Assembly (NCBI GenBank): GCA_002708765.1
Contig: PAPD01000052.1
Span: 15,535-79,534 of the forward strand
Length of the DNA: 64,000 nucleotides
Direction of reading: 5' to 3'
From: Gammaproteobacteria bacterium
GTDB lineage: Bacteria > Pseudomonadota > Gammaproteobacteria > Pseudomonadales > Azotimanducaceae
The notes beneath the pieces were generated by a model. That model was not told where the DNA came from. It worked only from the letters and a program-made list of their open reading frames with translations, and ran no database searches. This document shows positions 18,881-30,973 of the stretch, one piece after another; position 1 is the first letter of the stretch, and every line of letters begins with the position of its first letter. A program made the translations under genes and the position numbers.

Positions 18881-21124
18881 ATGGGGGAACATATGAGGGA
18901 AGATTTCAAGATACCTTCAACTATTAACGGAATTACCAGCTTTGTTGCAGCGGTTCTTTTGGCGAGCCTACCCTTTGGCACTGCTATCGCCGATGAGTCC
19001 GAATCTGCTCGAGGGATCGAGGAAGTAGTAGTTACCGCACAAAAAAGAGAGCAGTCTCTCATGGATGCGGCAATTGATGTCACGGCTTTTTCAGGAATAC
19101 AGTTAAGGGAGGCTGGAATTGACGATGTCTTCGGTATTTCTAAAGCTATACCAGGCTTAACCATCCAGAACACAGGAGCCAACCCCCAGATATTTATGAG
19201 AGGAGTGGGCACAAGAATCACCGGCACAGGATTAGACAGCGCCGTTGCTATTTACGTTGATGACCGGTTTGTTACGAGACAGACAGGTCAGGTATTCGAT
19301 ATCTACGATGTTCAGCGTGTTGAAGTCTTAAAGGGCCCTCAAGGAGTGCTTTTTGGAAGAAATTCCACGGGCGGGGCTATCCGCATAATCACCGCAGAAG
19401 TTTCGGATGAACTTGAAGGTGAATTGAATTTTGGCTATGGAACCGAAGAATACCAGATGGCTAGCGGTTTTGTTAACGTGCCTCTCACCGATAATTTTGG
19501 GATCAGAATATCGGCGCAATCACGGCAACGTGACGCCTTCAAGGAAAACATTTTTGAGGGAGGAGCCGACTTTGACGACCTGGACGCACAGTCATTGCGT
19601 CTCAAGGCTCGGTGGGACGTATCCGACAGCTCTACCTTGAAATTTTCCTACGACAGATCGGTAGCCACTGATTTGTCGAGTTCCGGAGCTGTGAGCTTGG
19701 ACCGTGGTAATCCCAGAGGAGTTGCTCTGGGTGGAATTACGACAAGTGAAAGGGACAAGATAGCCTCTTCATTGGGAACGGATCCGTTCTATGGCAGCCC
19801 CAAAATAGAGAGCGACTCCTTTCAGCTTCGTTTTGAGACTACCTTATCCGATAGCCTGGATCTGGCGGCGTACGTTCATTATGCAGACTTCAGGAGTGCA
19901 AAACCAGGGGATTACGATGGCACCTCATTTCAAGATATTGAGGTTGAAAGCGCATTCTTTGACGCAAATGATTTAGGCTTTGGTATCGAGCTAACCTCGA
20001 ATTCCGATGGCCCCCTAAGCTGGGTTATTGGGGCTAACGGCTTTGAAGGTGACGCCGAATCTGACTTTGACCTAAGGGTTGGTCCCGCGGGAGGCGGAAA
20101 AGTTCGTTTGTCGACAGGATACGGTTTCTACGATAACACTGCCTATGGCGTATTTGGCTCCTTCGATTATGATCTCAATGAAAGATGGACCCTTACCATC
20201 GGCGGCAGGTACACCTACGAGGATAAGGAAAATTCTCTGGCGACCTCTTTATTAGCTGTAGCGACCGTGAGCCCTGTTCCAGCCAGTGATGGAGAAAGCT
20301 GGAACGAATTCACGCCTAAGGTAACCCTAACCTACAACCTGGACAACGGCATCATCTACGGTACCTTCGCGTCAGGCTTCAAAAGCGGGGGATACAACCA
20401 CCCGCTGAGAGTTGGGGCGGTAATCCAGCCCGAGACAATCGACATGATCGAGGTAGGATATAAAGCCGATCTTTCGGACTCCGTAAGGCTTACAAGTGCT
20501 TTCTTTGCCTACAGCTACGACGATCTTCAGGTGACCAAGGCGGCTAGCGGTGGAGGAACCGTAACCACAGAGAACGCAACAGACAGCGATATTATGGGGC
20601 TGGACGTCGACCTGACATGGGCTGCTACCGAAAAGCTAACCTTAAGATTCAACGCTGAGTATCTAGACACAGAATACAAAGATTATGAGACCGCCGGCAG
20701 AGCTCCTAACACTGTACTGACAGGCGACCCGGCAGCGATAGGGTACGGGTTTGTGTTTTTTAATGCAGAGGGTCAGGAAATGCTAAGGGCCCCCGAGCTC
20801 GCGGCGTATTTTTCAATGCAGTACAACTCCCCAATTGACGTTGGAGGTCGCGAAGGAAGCTTGTCATTAAACATGAACTATGCATGGAAGGATGACTACC
20901 TTTTCGATTTTGAAGTTGATCCCTTAGTCGATGTTACGCAGGACGCACATGGCATCCTCAATGCACGAGCAACACTGACTATTGATAATGTCGCGTTGAC
21001 TGTTTGGGCCAAGAACCTGACAGATGAAATATATTTCTTTGACAAAGTGGTAGCCGGGACTAACAACCGCGGTAACTACGGGCACCCTAGGACATACGGT
21101 GTTGATTTTTCATATAAGTTTTAG
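18881..21124 (+). CDS. TonB-dependent receptor
   Basis: 747 aa with signal peptide, plug (EEVVVTAQKREQSL, FMRGVG), beta-barrel repeats and C-terminal YGVDFSYKF. The alternative ATG at 18893 has a better SD. Confidence 0.9.
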   Translation: MGEHMREDFKIPSTINGITSFVAAVLLASLPFGTAIADESESARGIEEVVVTAQKREQSLMDAAIDVTAFSGIQLREAGIDDVFGISKAIPGLTIQNTGANPQIFMRGVGTRITGTGLDSAVAIYVDDRFVTRQTGQVFDIYDVQRVEVLKGPQGVLFGRNSTGGAIRIITAEVSDELEGELNFGYGTEEYQMASGFVNVPLTDNFGIRISAQSRQRDAFKENIFEGGADFDDLDAQSLRLKARWDVSDSSTLKFSYDRSVATDLSSSGAVSLDRGNPRGVALGGITTSERDKIASSLGTDPFYGSPKIESDSFQLRFETTLSDSLDLAAYVHYADFRSAKPGDYDGTSFQDIEVESAFFDANDLGFGIELTSNSDGPLSWVIGANGFEGDAESDFDLRVGPAGGGKVRLSTGYGFYDNTAYGVFGSFDYDLNERWTLTIGGRYTYEDKENSLATSLLAVATVSPVPASDGESWNEFTPKVTLTYNLDNGIIYGTFASGFKSGGYNHPLRVGAVIQPETIDMIEVGYKADLSDSVRLTSAFFAYSYDDLQVTKAASGGGTVTTENATDSDIMGLDVDLTWAATEKLTLRFNAEYLDTEYKDYETAGRAPNTVLTGDPAAIGYGFVFFNAEGQEMLRAPELAAYFSMQYNSPIDVGGREGSLSLNMNYAWKDDYLFDFEVDPLVDVTQDAHGILNARATLTIDNVALTVWAKNLTDEIYFFDKVVAGTNNRGNYGHPRTYGVDFSYKF

Positions 21125-21212
21125 CGATTAATGCATCTAATGGTCCATCCATACTCTTAGTGAGTTGGCTAGGACCTTTGATGTGGGACCTATAATGGAT
21201 TGCTAGACAAAC

Positions 21213-21243
21213 CCAGGCTAACTTGAGTTAGTCCGGTTTTTTT
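21213..21243 (+). terminator. intrinsic terminator after the TBDR gene
   Basis: Stem CTAAC/GTTAG with a TTGA loop, extended by GG/TC and CC/GG pairs, followed by T7 (21237-21243). Confidence 0.55.
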
Positions 21244-21273
21244 CAAATCTGCATGTTTATAAGGATGAGTCTA

Positions 21274-23142
21274 ATGAGAATCTTTGTAACTATTTTGTGT
21301 GTCTTGTTCACAACAAAACTCGCTGCCGAGGAGAACCCATACTCAAGACAGACAACATTTGACTATCCGAAAGAAGTATTCTGGGGAGATACTCATCTGC
21401 ACACCCGAAATAGTGCGGACGCATACTCTCTGGGGAACCAGAACCTGACTCCCAATGATGCTTACCGGTTTGCAAGGGGAGAAAAAGTAATTGCGCACAA
21501 TGGCATGGAGGTGCAGCTTAACCGGCCACTTGACTTTCTGGTCGTTTCAGACCACTCCGAATATCTGGGAGGGTATTATCGATTTTTCGTAGATGACCCA
21601 CTGGTTACGAAGACGGCCACCGGAGACCAGTGGAAAGGATTCATAGATAGCGGAAACCTTCAGGCACTGTTTAATGCCTTCGTCAACAGCCTCAACCAGG
21701 CCTCAGATGAACCAAACAGGGCCTCAAGCGGACATAACGATAAAGCAATACCGTTCCCCTTAAGAACCAGGGAGCTTATCTGGGAGGATGTCGCAAAGAC
21801 CGCGGACTTCAATAACGACCCCGGAACTTTTACGGCGTTCACCGGATACGAATGGACAATTGCAGTGGCGGGGAACAATCTGCATCGTGTGATTGTCTAT
21901 CGTGATTCTGCGGAAATAGCGTCTCAGCTCCCGCCCTTTTCCGGGCAGGACAGCAACGATCCAAGAGAACTCTGGAAGGCGCTGGCAAGATTTGAAGAAA
22001 AAACCGGGGGGCAGGTACTGGCAATTCCTCACAACGGCAACCTCTCAAACGGGATGATGTTCCCCAGCAAATCTATCGACGGCAAACCCATTAACAAGAG
22101 CTACGCAAAATTGCGAGCCAGGTGGGAGCCTATCGCCGAAATCAGCCAGGTCAAGGGTGACGGAGAATCTCACCCTACTCTATCACCTGATGATGAGTTC
22201 GCCGATTTCGAGAACTGGGACTGGGACAATATCGGCCGCTCTCAAAACAAAGAAGACTGGATGCTTAAGCATGAATACGCCAGAGGCGCCCTTAAACTGG
22301 GCCTGAAATACGAAAAAAAATTAGGAATTAATCCTTTCAAGGTTGGTCTTATCGCAAGCTCCGATGGCCACAACTCTCTGACAACCGTGCAAGAAGACAA
22401 TTTCTTCGGGAAGTTTCCCGAATCAAATCCCTCCGAAACTAGAATGAATAGTCTTATGGCGGGACGTCTCTGGGAAGGCAAGTATAACGTGGCATCGGGT
22501 TACGCCGCTGTCTGGGCCCGGGAAAACACAAGAGAAGCTATTTTTGACGCGATGAAGAGACGAGAGGTGTACGCGACCACAGGCTCAAGAATAACCGTCC
22601 GTTTCTTTGGCGGATGGGACTTCGATGAAGACCTGGTTGAAAGGCCACACTTTGTAGCTGAGGCTTACAAAAAGGGTGTTCCCATGGGTGGGGATCTTCT
22701 TCCGGGACCGAATAACTCTAAGCCCCGATTTGTCATTTCGGCAGCAAAAGACGCGGTAGGTGCTAATCTGGACAGGGTGCAGGTTATCAAGGGATGGCTG
22801 GACAAAAAAGGCAACCTTAACGAGAAGATTTACGATGTCGCCTGGTCCGGAGATAGACAGAAAGATCAGACAACAGGAAAGGTTCCTCCGGTGGGCAATA
22901 CCGTAGATCTTGATACCGCTACCTATAAAAACACTATCGGCACTGCGGTCCTTAGCACGGTCTGGACTGACGAAGATTTTGATCCGAACCAAAAAGCTTT
23001 TTACTATGCTAGGGTATTGGAAATACCGGTTCCGAGATGGACAACCTACGACGCCGTTTACTTCGACATACCCCTTCCCGAAGGAGTCCCTGCGACAATA
23101 CAAGATAGAGCTTACACTTCCCCAATATGGTATTCGCCCTAA
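21274..23142 (+). CDS. DUF3604 domain protein (secreted PHP-like metallohydrolase, function unknown)
   Basis: WGDTHLHTRNS, VVSDHSEYLG, FTGYEWT, IPHNGNLSNG, ASSDGHNS and the C-terminal TSPIWY. ATG 21274 was chosen (AAGGA SD 8 nt upstream). In-frame ATGs also occur at 21253 and 21265. Confidence 0.75.
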   Translation: MRIFVTILCVLFTTKLAAEENPYSRQTTFDYPKEVFWGDTHLHTRNSADAYSLGNQNLTPNDAYRFARGEKVIAHNGMEVQLNRPLDFLVVSDHSEYLGGYYRFFVDDPLVTKTATGDQWKGFIDSGNLQALFNAFVNSLNQASDEPNRASSGHNDKAIPFPLRTRELIWEDVAKTADFNNDPGTFTAFTGYEWTIAVAGNNLHRVIVYRDSAEIASQLPPFSGQDSNDPRELWKALARFEEKTGGQVLAIPHNGNLSNGMMFPSKSIDGKPINKSYAKLRARWEPIAEISQVKGDGESHPTLSPDDEFADFENWDWDNIGRSQNKEDWMLKHEYARGALKLGLKYEKKLGINPFKVGLIASSDGHNSLTTVQEDNFFGKFPESNPSETRMNSLMAGRLWEGKYNVASGYAAVWARENTREAIFDAMKRREVYATTGSRITVRFFGGWDFDEDLVERPHFVAEAYKKGVPMGGDLLPGPNNSKPRFVISAAKDAVGANLDRVQVIKGWLDKKGNLNEKIYDVAWSGDRQKDQTTGKVPPVGNTVDLDTATYKNTIGTAVLSTVWTDEDFDPNQKAFYYARVLEIPVPRWTTYDAVYFDIPLPEGVPATIQDRAYTSPIWYSP

Positions 23143-23286
23143 AAAGATTCTTACTTTCTCCTAACCAAGAATAAATCAAGGGTAAATTAAGAATTGATCC
23201 CCCGGTTCAGTTCAGCCCCATGTTGGGCTTGCTTTTAGGTTTAAGTAACGTAAACTTTTTATAAAAATACTTATGGAGACTCTTTG

Positions 23287-23979
23287 ATGGGAGACTTGCA
23301 AACACGATCTGTCGGTGACGCCAATTTTTCAACGGGTTCGGTAGCCACGGGTGCACACAAAGTTCTAAGAAACACTTACATGCTGCTTTCTATGACCCTA
23401 CTGTTCAGCGCGGCGATGGCGGGAGTTGCCATGGCTATAGAAGCGCCTTATATGGGATGGATTCCGCTAATCGTTGCATTTGCGCTGCTTTTTGCTATCA
23501 ATAAATTCAAAAATAGCAGCTGGGGAATCGCTCTTGTCTTTCTGTTTACCGGGATACTCGGGTTTTCTCTGGGGCCTATTCTCAACTATTACCTTTCGAC
23601 CCAAGGCGGCACAGGCATTGTTGTCTCCGCCCTATCGATGACAGGAATTATCTTCCTATCGCTCTCAGGTTACGCGCTTGTAACCCGGAAAGATTTTTCG
23701 TTCATGGCCGGCTTCCTTATGACCGGAATCTGGGTCGTAATCGGTAGCATAGTTTTGATGCTCGTTGGAGGACTCTTAGGGTGGCAACTAACGGGATTGC
23801 ACATGGCCATATCAGCAGCTATCGTAATTCTGATGTCCGGCTTTATCTTGTTTGACACCAGCAGGATTCTTAATGGCGGTGAAACTAATTACATCATGGC
23901 GACAGTTTCCATGTATCTTAGTATATACAACCTGTTCACGAGTCTGCTGTATCTTTTTGGAGCCTTTGGAGAGGACTAG
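23287..23979 (+). CDS. Bax inhibitor-1/YccA family membrane protein
   Basis: 7 TM spans, NTYMLLSMTLLFSA and YLSIYNLF motifs, GGAG SD before ATG 23287. Confidence 0.85.
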   Translation: MGDLQTRSVGDANFSTGSVATGAHKVLRNTYMLLSMTLLFSAAMAGVAMAIEAPYMGWIPLIVAFALLFAINKFKNSSWGIALVFLFTGILGFSLGPILNYYLSTQGGTGIVVSALSMTGIIFLSLSGYALVTRKDFSFMAGFLMTGIWVVIGSIVLMLVGGLLGWQLTGLHMAISAAIVILMSGFILFDTSRILNGGETNYIMATVSMYLSIYNLFTSLLYLFGAFGED

Positions 23980-24041
23980 CAACTTGATCGGCTGCGATCT
24001 GTGAAGAAGATCTCATAGATCGCAATCTCTCCACCAACCTT

Positions 24042-24431
24042 ATGAAAATTTCAGTTGTAGTCCAAGGATCACCCTATTCCCAGTGCTGCGCATCCGCGCT
24101 CGCCTACACAGAAGCCGCTTTAGAATCAGGCCATGAGATCTCGCGAGTATTTTTTCATCAGGACGGGGTGTTGGTGGCAAATCATTTCTCATCGCCGCCT
24201 CAGGACGAACCCGACATCGGAAAAATGTGGTCCGAGTTAGCTGAAAAACATGAGCTCGAACTGGTTGTCTGCATAACATCGGCGTCAAGAAGAGGCATTC
24301 TGGATGAAGCCGAATCGAACAGAAACGACAGCAAGAGCTATAATCTTGCGGCTAATTTCATTGTCGGTGGTCTTGGTCTGCTCATGGATGCCGTTCTGGA
24401 ATCGGACCGGGCTATCACCTTTGGCGGTTAG
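24042..24431 (+). CDS. tusD: sulfurtransferase complex subunit TusD (DsrE family)
   Basis: 129 aa, conserved active-site Cys context VVCITSASRRG. Confidence 0.85.
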   Translation: MKISVVVQGSPYSQCCASALAYTEAALESGHEISRVFFHQDGVLVANHFSSPPQDEPDIGKMWSELAEKHELELVVCITSASRRGILDEAESNRNDSKSYNLAANFIVGGLGLLMDAVLESDRAITFGG

Positions 24432-24785
24432 ATGAAAAAAATCCTGTTCATTTTTTCGGGATCTCCGTCAAATACAAACGCACAAGAAGGATTCGAAGCA
24501 CTTCTAGCGGGGAGCGCATTCACGGAATGCGAGATATTGTTTCGCGAAGAAGCCGTTCTTCAACTTAAAAGAGACCAGGACGCTGATGCGATGAAAAGAA
24601 AGGATTATTCTCGAGGTTATGGAGCACTCAAAGATTATGGAGTATCTGGAATCTATTGCAGCGCTAGCGCACTTAAGAAATATTTGCTCGAACCAGAAGA
24701 TCTTTTGATTAATGTGAACATTATTAACTACGAGGAAGAAAGGACCCGGATTAGCCAAAGCGATCTGGTTCTGAGCTACAGATGA
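24432..24785 (+). CDS. tusC: sulfurtransferase complex subunit TusC (DsrF family)
   Basis: 117 aa, starts immediately after the tusD stop, position in the tusDCB operon. Confidence 0.75.
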   Translation: MKKILFIFSGSPSNTNAQEGFEALLAGSAFTECEILFREEAVLQLKRDQDADAMKRKDYSRGYGALKDYGVSGIYCSASALKKYLLEPEDLLINVNIINYEEERTRISQSDLVLSYR

Positions 24786-25039
24786 TATTGCACACGATAA
24801 ACAAACCCGGAGTGCTCGCCAGTTGCTTTGATCTAATATCCGAGAAAGATGTTGTTGTTTTGTTAGAAGACGGAATATATCTCTCTAATCAGACCATACC
24901 CGGTAAAGCTTACGCCATCGAAGCTGATCTTCGAGCCAGAGGAATCAAAATCCGTGCGTCGAGCAGAATCGAGATGATCGACTACTGCAGGTTCGTAGAA
25001 CTTACTATAGAAGCCAGAAAAACATGTTCGTGGTTTTAA
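24782..25039 (+). CDS. tusB: sulfurtransferase complex subunit TusB (DsrH family)
   Basis: 85 aa, ATGA overlap with tusC, MILHTINK start typical of DsrH. Confidence 0.7.
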   Translation: MILHTINKPGVLASCFDLISEKDVVVLLEDGIYLSNQTIPGKAYAIEADLRARGIKIRASSRIEMIDYCRFVELTIEARKTCSWF

Positions 25040-25042
25040 GAA

Positions 25043-25351
25043 ATGAAAAAGGTCGATGACGAAGGGTTTTTGAATAACTGGCTAGACTGGGAAACTTCCT
25101 CTGCTCAGAAGTTAGCAAAAAGCAGCCAGATCAAGTTGACTGCCGAGCACTGGGAAATCATAGAACTGGTCAGAGATTATTACAAAGACTATGGGTTGTT
25201 CCCCGCTAACCGTGTTCTCGTTAAGTTGGTCGGAAAGAAATATGGAGCGGAAAAAGGAAACAGCATCCACCTTATGAAACTATTTTCCGGGAAGCCCGCA
25301 AAAATTATCGCCAAGGTCGCGGGGCTGCCAAAACCTCCAAATTGTGATTAG
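25043..25351 (+). CDS. tusE: sulfurtransferase TusE (DsrC family, single C-terminal Cys)
   Basis: 102 aa, C-terminus GLPKPPNCD resembles E. coli ...GLPKPTGCV. Confidence 0.8.
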   Translation: MKKVDDEGFLNNWLDWETSSAQKLAKSSQIKLTAEHWEIIELVRDYYKDYGLFPANRVLVKLVGKKYGAEKGNSIHLMKLFSGKPAKIIAKVAGLPKPPNCD

Positions 25352-25361
25352 GTCTTTTTTG

Positions 25362-26639
25362 CTATAAAGAGATCCGCGTTGTTCCGCCCATGTACGGCTG
25401 CAACAAACCAGGAACCTCGAGCGATCCGTCTTTGTTTTGAAAGTTCTCGATAATAGCTACCAAGGTTCTTCCGACAGCCAACCCGGACCCATTCAACGTA
25501 TGAAAGAGCAAAGGTTTACCTGACGGGCTCTCCCTCCACCTCCCGCTAATCCGCCTAGCCTGAAAATCCAGAAAATTACTACAAGAAGAAATCTCTCTGT
25601 AGGCTTCCTGCCCTGGCAACCAAACCTCAAGATCATAAGTTTTCGCAGAAGCAAACCCCAAATCTTTACCACACAGATTTACTGTGCGATAAGGAAGCTC
25701 CAGTTTTTTCAGAATGGTCTCGGCGTGACTGGTTAACTCCTCGTGCGCATCCTGGGAATCTTCGGGTCTCACCATCATGACAAGCTCAACCTTTTCAAAC
25801 TGGTGTTGCCGTATCATGCCTCGAGTATCTCTACCATAACTCCCTGCCTCACTTCTAAAGCACGGGGTGTGGCACACAAATTTTACGGGCAAATCCTCCT
25901 TTTCGACGATTCGGTCCCTTAATATATTGGTAACCGGCACTTCCGCCGTAGGAATAAGGTACAGACCCCTTTCCCCTTCGATTTTAAAAAGGTCTTCTTC
26001 AAATTTCGGTAACTGACCAGTGCCCATTAGTGCGTCCTGATTAACCAGGTAGGGAACATAGACTTCCTCGTAACCGTGCTCCGAGACATGCACATCAAGC
26101 ATAAATTGAACAAGGGCGCGATGCATTTGAGCAAGCTTTCCTCGCATAATAGCGAATCGAGCCCCCGAAATTTTTGCCGCATCTTCAAAGCTTAACCGGT
26201 CCGAATCACTAGTAAGATCCACATGGTCTTTAAATGTCGTCCCGTTCTCGGGTATCTTTCCCCAGCGGCGGACCTCAAGATTATCTTCTTCGGAATCACC
26301 AACTGGAACGGACTCGTCCGGGATATTTGGAATTGTTAAGTAATATTCATGTAGCTCTTCCTGAATCTGTTCCAACTCGGATTTACTCGCATCTAGCTTT
26401 TCACCCAGACCGGACACTTCATCCAAAAGGTTCTTGATATCGTGACCTGCTGCCTTTGCAATACCAATCTCCCTGGAGCGGATGTTTCGTTCGGACTGAA
26501 GTTCCTCGGTCTCAGTTTGTATTTTTTTTCGTCGGGCTTCTTTCTCTTCGAGAAACTTTCGGTTCAGATCAAACCCCTTTATGGCGAGCCTTCTAGATAC
26601 TTCATCAATATTCTGGCGGAGATACTTTGAATCTAACAT
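25362..26639 (-). CDS. serS: seryl-tRNA synthetase
   Basis: 425 aa, N-terminal coiled-coil [10 protein letters not shown], class II motifs FRSEAGS and GSGLAVGRT. Confidence 0.97.
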   Translation of the reverse strand: MLDSKYLRQNIDEVSRRLAIKGFDLNRKFLEEKEARRKKIQTETEELQSERNIRSREIGIAKAAGHDIKNLLDEVSGLGEKLDASKSELEQIQEELHEYYLTIPNIPDESVPVGDSEEDNLEVRRWGKIPENGTTFKDHVDLTSDSDRLSFEDAAKISGARFAIMRGKLAQMHRALVQFMLDVHVSEHGYEEVYVPYLVNQDALMGTGQLPKFEEDLFKIEGERGLYLIPTAEVPVTNILRDRIVEKEDLPVKFVCHTPCFRSEAGSYGRDTRGMIRQHQFEKVELVMMVRPEDSQDAHEELTSHAETILKKLELPYRTVNLCGKDLGFASAKTYDLEVWLPGQEAYREISSCSNFLDFQARRISGRWRESPSGKPLLFHTLNGSGLAVGRTLVAIIENFQNKDGSLEVPGLLQPYMGGTTRISL

Positions 26640-26762
26640 TTTGACTATAATTAACCCAAAAAAACATGTTAACAGATAAGTAAAAGACAGTTAATTGATA
26701 GAAGAACTCAAACACCGAAAATAGACCGGAAAATAAGAACGGGTAGCATTTCTATTGACAGG

Positions 26763-27404
26763 TCACCTATCATCGATCAAATCAACATCAGGTGGAACTG
26801 AAAAACGAAAAACCGACTGCTTTATCGGTTGGTTCAGAACAACTTCATTGAAAACAATTCTGAAAGGATCACCTACCCTAGGCTCAAGAAGAAAGCTACT
26901 CAGACGGCCGGATGTAAAGCCGACCATCACATTTTTTACAATACTATCTTCAGTTTCCATTTCGACCAAATACGAATCCGTTTTTTCCCCCGGAAATCTT
27001 GTTACTTTATTTCCATCCAGAAACGATATTGGATCAGCAATTAATAGCGTAAGCGACATGTCCGCAGCGGATTGATCGACATCTTTTACTATGACTTGAT
27101 CCAGATCAACATCATGTGTCCAGATATAAGCACCATCGGAAACGATATATTGGCTAATGGGGGAATTCATTTCCAGTCTATAAAAATTCGGTTTTTTGAA
27201 CCAGATATTTCCAACATAAGTTTCACCGCTATCTAATACAACCTGTTCCAGATTCGCCCGAAAAGAATTTATCTTCTCGAAGTTTCGAATCAGATAAAAC
27301 TCAGCATCACGAGTATCCGCCAGCCCCGGAAAAGTTAGAGAAACCAAAACCAATAGCGGAAATTTAATTGGGAGGAGCATTTGCGAGTACTTCTCTCGAC
27401 CCAC
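26763..27404 (-). CDS. lolA: outer-membrane lipoprotein carrier LolA
   Basis: About 205-213 aa with a signal peptide, and the ftsK-lolA order as in E. coli. An alternative start lies at 27380. Confidence 0.85.
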   Translation of the reverse strand: MGREKYSQMLLPIKFPLLVLVSLTFPGLADTRDAEFYLIRNFEKINSFRANLEQVVLDSGETYVGNIWFKKPNFYRLEMNSPISQYIVSDGAYIWTHDVDLDQVIVKDVDQSAADMSLTLLIADPISFLDGNKVTRFPGEKTDSYLVEMETEDSIVKNVMVGFTSGRLSSFLLEPRVGDPFRIVFNEVVLNQPIKQSVFRFSVPPDVDLIDDR

Positions 27405-29694
27405 TTGCGTTCATCTCACTAACCAATCCAGCCGACTCCATCGTCTCTATTATTCTTGCCGCCCTGTTATAACCTATACGGAATTTTCTCTGCACTGCTG
27501 AAATAGAAGCTCGGCGCGTTTCAGTAACGAACTGAACCGCCTCATCATAAAAAGGGTCAGACTCATCTTCGACACCTTGCCCCTCAGAATTTGACGAAAT
27601 TCCCGGTATCATTTGAGAATCCGTAGCTCCCTCCAGAATAGTTTCAAGGTAATTGGGTTCACCCAGTTTTTTCCAGCTCTGGACAACACGATGCACCTCG
27701 TCATCGTCTACAAAAGCACCGTGAACCCTAACAGGCAAAGGAGAACCCGCTGCGAGATAGAGCATGTCTCCGTGGCCCAGCAATTGCTCAGCCCCCCCCT
27801 GATCGAGGATAGTACGGGAATCAACTTTCGAGGAAACCTGGAAAGCGATTCTCGACGGAATGTTAGCCTTTATCAGTCCCGTAATTACATCTACCGAAGG
27901 TCGCTGGGTCGCCAACACAAGATGTATTCCGGCGGCTCTGGCTTTCTGAGCAATTCGGGCAATAAGTTCTTCTACCTTCTTTCCAACGATCATCATCATG
28001 TCAGCAAACTCGTCAATGATCACGACGATGTAAGGAAGCGTTTCCAACTCCGGCGCCAATGTTTCTTCATCCGCAAAGTCCGATACCCATAGAGGATCTC
28101 GAAGTGGGTTACCTGCTTTGACGGCATCTTTTATTTTTCGGTTAAATCCTCCCACATTTCTAACCCCCAAAGAAGCCATAAGCCTGTACCTTCTCTCCAT
28201 TTCCGCTACACACCACCTCAAGGCATTTGCCGCATCTTTCATGTCAGTAACAACAGGGGTTAGCAAATGGGGTATGCCCTCATACACTGCGAGCTCAAGC
28301 ATTTTAGGATCTACCATAATCATCCTGACGTCTTCAGGGGAAGATTTGAATAGGAGAGAGAGAATCATAGCGTTCAACCCAACAGACTTCCCCGAACCAG
28401 TGGTGCCCGCTACTAGTAGATGCGGCATTTTTGCCAAGTCCTGAACTATCGGTATTCCAGATATATCCTGACCGAGTGCCAGGGACAGAGCTGATTGAGA
28501 TTCATCATAGGCTGCTGATTTAAGAACCTCACTCATCTTCACGATATCGCGATCTACGTTGGGAATTTCTATACCTACGACAGACTTGCCCGGAATAACT
28601 TCAACAACTCTGACACTGATGACGGCAAGTGATCTGGCCAGGTCTTTAGCTAGGCTGGATATACGGGAAACTTTAACCCCCGGAGCAGGCTGTATTTCAA
28701 AGCGTGTGATTACCGGACCAGGGAAAACAGCCGAAACCTCGGCCTCTATTCCGTAATCTCTCAATTTCAACTCAAGCAACCGGGACAACCCCTTAAGATC
28801 ATCGTCAGAATATCCTCGGCCTACTGCTCGTTCTTCATTATCATCAAGAAGGTGCAACGCTGGAAGACCTTCAACCGAATCAATCTTGAAAAGGTTACCT
28901 TGTCTTTCTCGAGAACTCCTCTTGCTTTCCTCAGCCATTTTATCTGCGACAGGTTCAATTACAGGAGCCACCCTTCTTTCATTAATTTCGACTTGCTTTT
29001 CGATCCGCTCCTTACGCTTTTTTTTCGATTTACTTAGCCTATATTGGTCTACCACAAAGTTTATAAAACGCTTGAGCCGCGCCAGAAACCAATGCGTTCC
29101 GGTTATTGCGAAACCTCCTACCCGTTCCATTAAACTGATCCAGGACAGATCAAGAAAAGCCGTAATACCGAAAAAAAGGACAGAGAGAAAAATCAGCGTA
29201 GTACCAACATAAGAAAAAACGGGTTCCAACAGATCAGACAGCTCCATCCCGACTACCCCGCCACTGCCATTTGGGTAGTCAACCTCCAGGTCGTAAAAAT
29301 GAAGGGAAGCTATACCTGCGCCCGCAACAAGCGTAAGTAAAAATCCGATACTCCGAAAGATAAAAAAAGGATAATTGAAATCTTGTTGGAGATTGCGGTC
29401 ACGGAAAATCTCCCAAGCCTGAAAACCAACTACGACAGGGAAAAGAAAAGCGAGATATCCAAAGAAAAAAAGACAAACATCCGCTACCCACGCACCAATT
29501 CTTCCCACCAGGTTCTTGGTTTCCGCGTCGGTGCCAATATAACTCCAACCAGGGTCCATAGAATTAAACGTAAGCAGGGCTAAAAAAAGGAACATCGCAA
29601 CAGCCACCAAGGCGATAAAAACTCCTTCCTGAATCCTTGACGTCAGTCGCTCTTCAAAGTCATTACCTGGCAGAGATTTCTTCTTGCCCTCCAC
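27364..29694 (-). CDS. ftsK: DNA translocase FtsK
   Basis: 776 aa, N-terminal TM spans, Walker [17 protein letters not shown]-terminal gamma winged-helix ([12 protein letters not shown]). Confidence 0.95.
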   Translation of the reverse strand: MEGKKKSLPGNDFEERLTSRIQEGVFIALVAVAMFLFLALLTFNSMDPGWSYIGTDAETKNLVGRIGAWVADVCLFFFGYLAFLFPVVVGFQAWEIFRDRNLQQDFNYPFFIFRSIGFLLTLVAGAGIASLHFYDLEVDYPNGSGGVVGMELSDLLEPVFSYVGTTLIFLSVLFFGITAFLDLSWISLMERVGGFAITGTHWFLARLKRFINFVVDQYRLSKSKKKRKERIEKQVEINERRVAPVIEPVADKMAEESKRSSRERQGNLFKIDSVEGLPALHLLDDNEERAVGRGYSDDDLKGLSRLLELKLRDYGIEAEVSAVFPGPVITRFEIQPAPGVKVSRISSLAKDLARSLAVISVRVVEVIPGKSVVGIEIPNVDRDIVKMSEVLKSAAYDESQSALSLALGQDISGIPIVQDLAKMPHLLVAGTTGSGKSVGLNAMILSLLFKSSPEDVRMIMVDPKMLELAVYEGIPHLLTPVVTDMKDAANALRWCVAEMERRYRLMASLGVRNVGGFNRKIKDAVKAGNPLRDPLWVSDFADEETLAPELETLPYIVVIIDEFADMMMIVGKKVEELIARIAQKARAAGIHLVLATQRPSVDVITGLIKANIPSRIAFQVSSKVDSRTILDQGGAEQLLGHGDMLYLAAGSPLPVRVHGAFVDDDEVHRVVQSWKKLGEPNYLETILEGATDSQMIPGISSNSEGQGVEDESDPFYDEAVQFVTETRRASISAVQRKFRIGYNRAARIIETMESAGLVSEMNASGSREVLANAPPN

Positions 29695-29952
29695 TAAAGT
29701 TGTATCTCCTTATGAACATGCTTTCTGCACTTCATTCTACAGGATAACCGGAAAACAGATAATAAATTGTAACGGATTCCAAAATAAAACCCATAATTCA
29801 TTAGCTTAAAACTCTCAGGGATATCACGCATAAATCTTGGGCGAATGATGTGTCCGATATATAATACCATCGAATATCGACTAGGACCGAAATCAGGATA
29901 GGAAGAGCACGACACAGCCTATTTTGTGCTGTCGGAAGAGCCTACAATATAA

Positions 29953-30963
<1,011 letters not shown>

Positions 30964-30973
30964 CCAACTTCAT

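Noticed and set aside
5949-23142. Apparent higher GC in the katG-to-DUF3604 block than in the 24-64 kb housekeeping part, as a possible genomic island
   Set aside because: I judged this only by eye on a few lines, and GC also fluctuates strongly between genes elsewhere (clpA and acnD are high, purB and hflD low). There is no flanking tRNA, integrase, direct repeats or mobility genes. It would need a sliding-window GC and codon-usage calculation.
29694-29915. 73-aa ORF in the ftsK-trxB spacer, where E. coli carries lrp
   Set aside because: The sequence has no Lrp/AsnC HTH or RAM features and no SD, so it is probably non-coding promoter DNA. I also looked for a LexA box (CTGT-N8-ACAG) before ftsK and found none.
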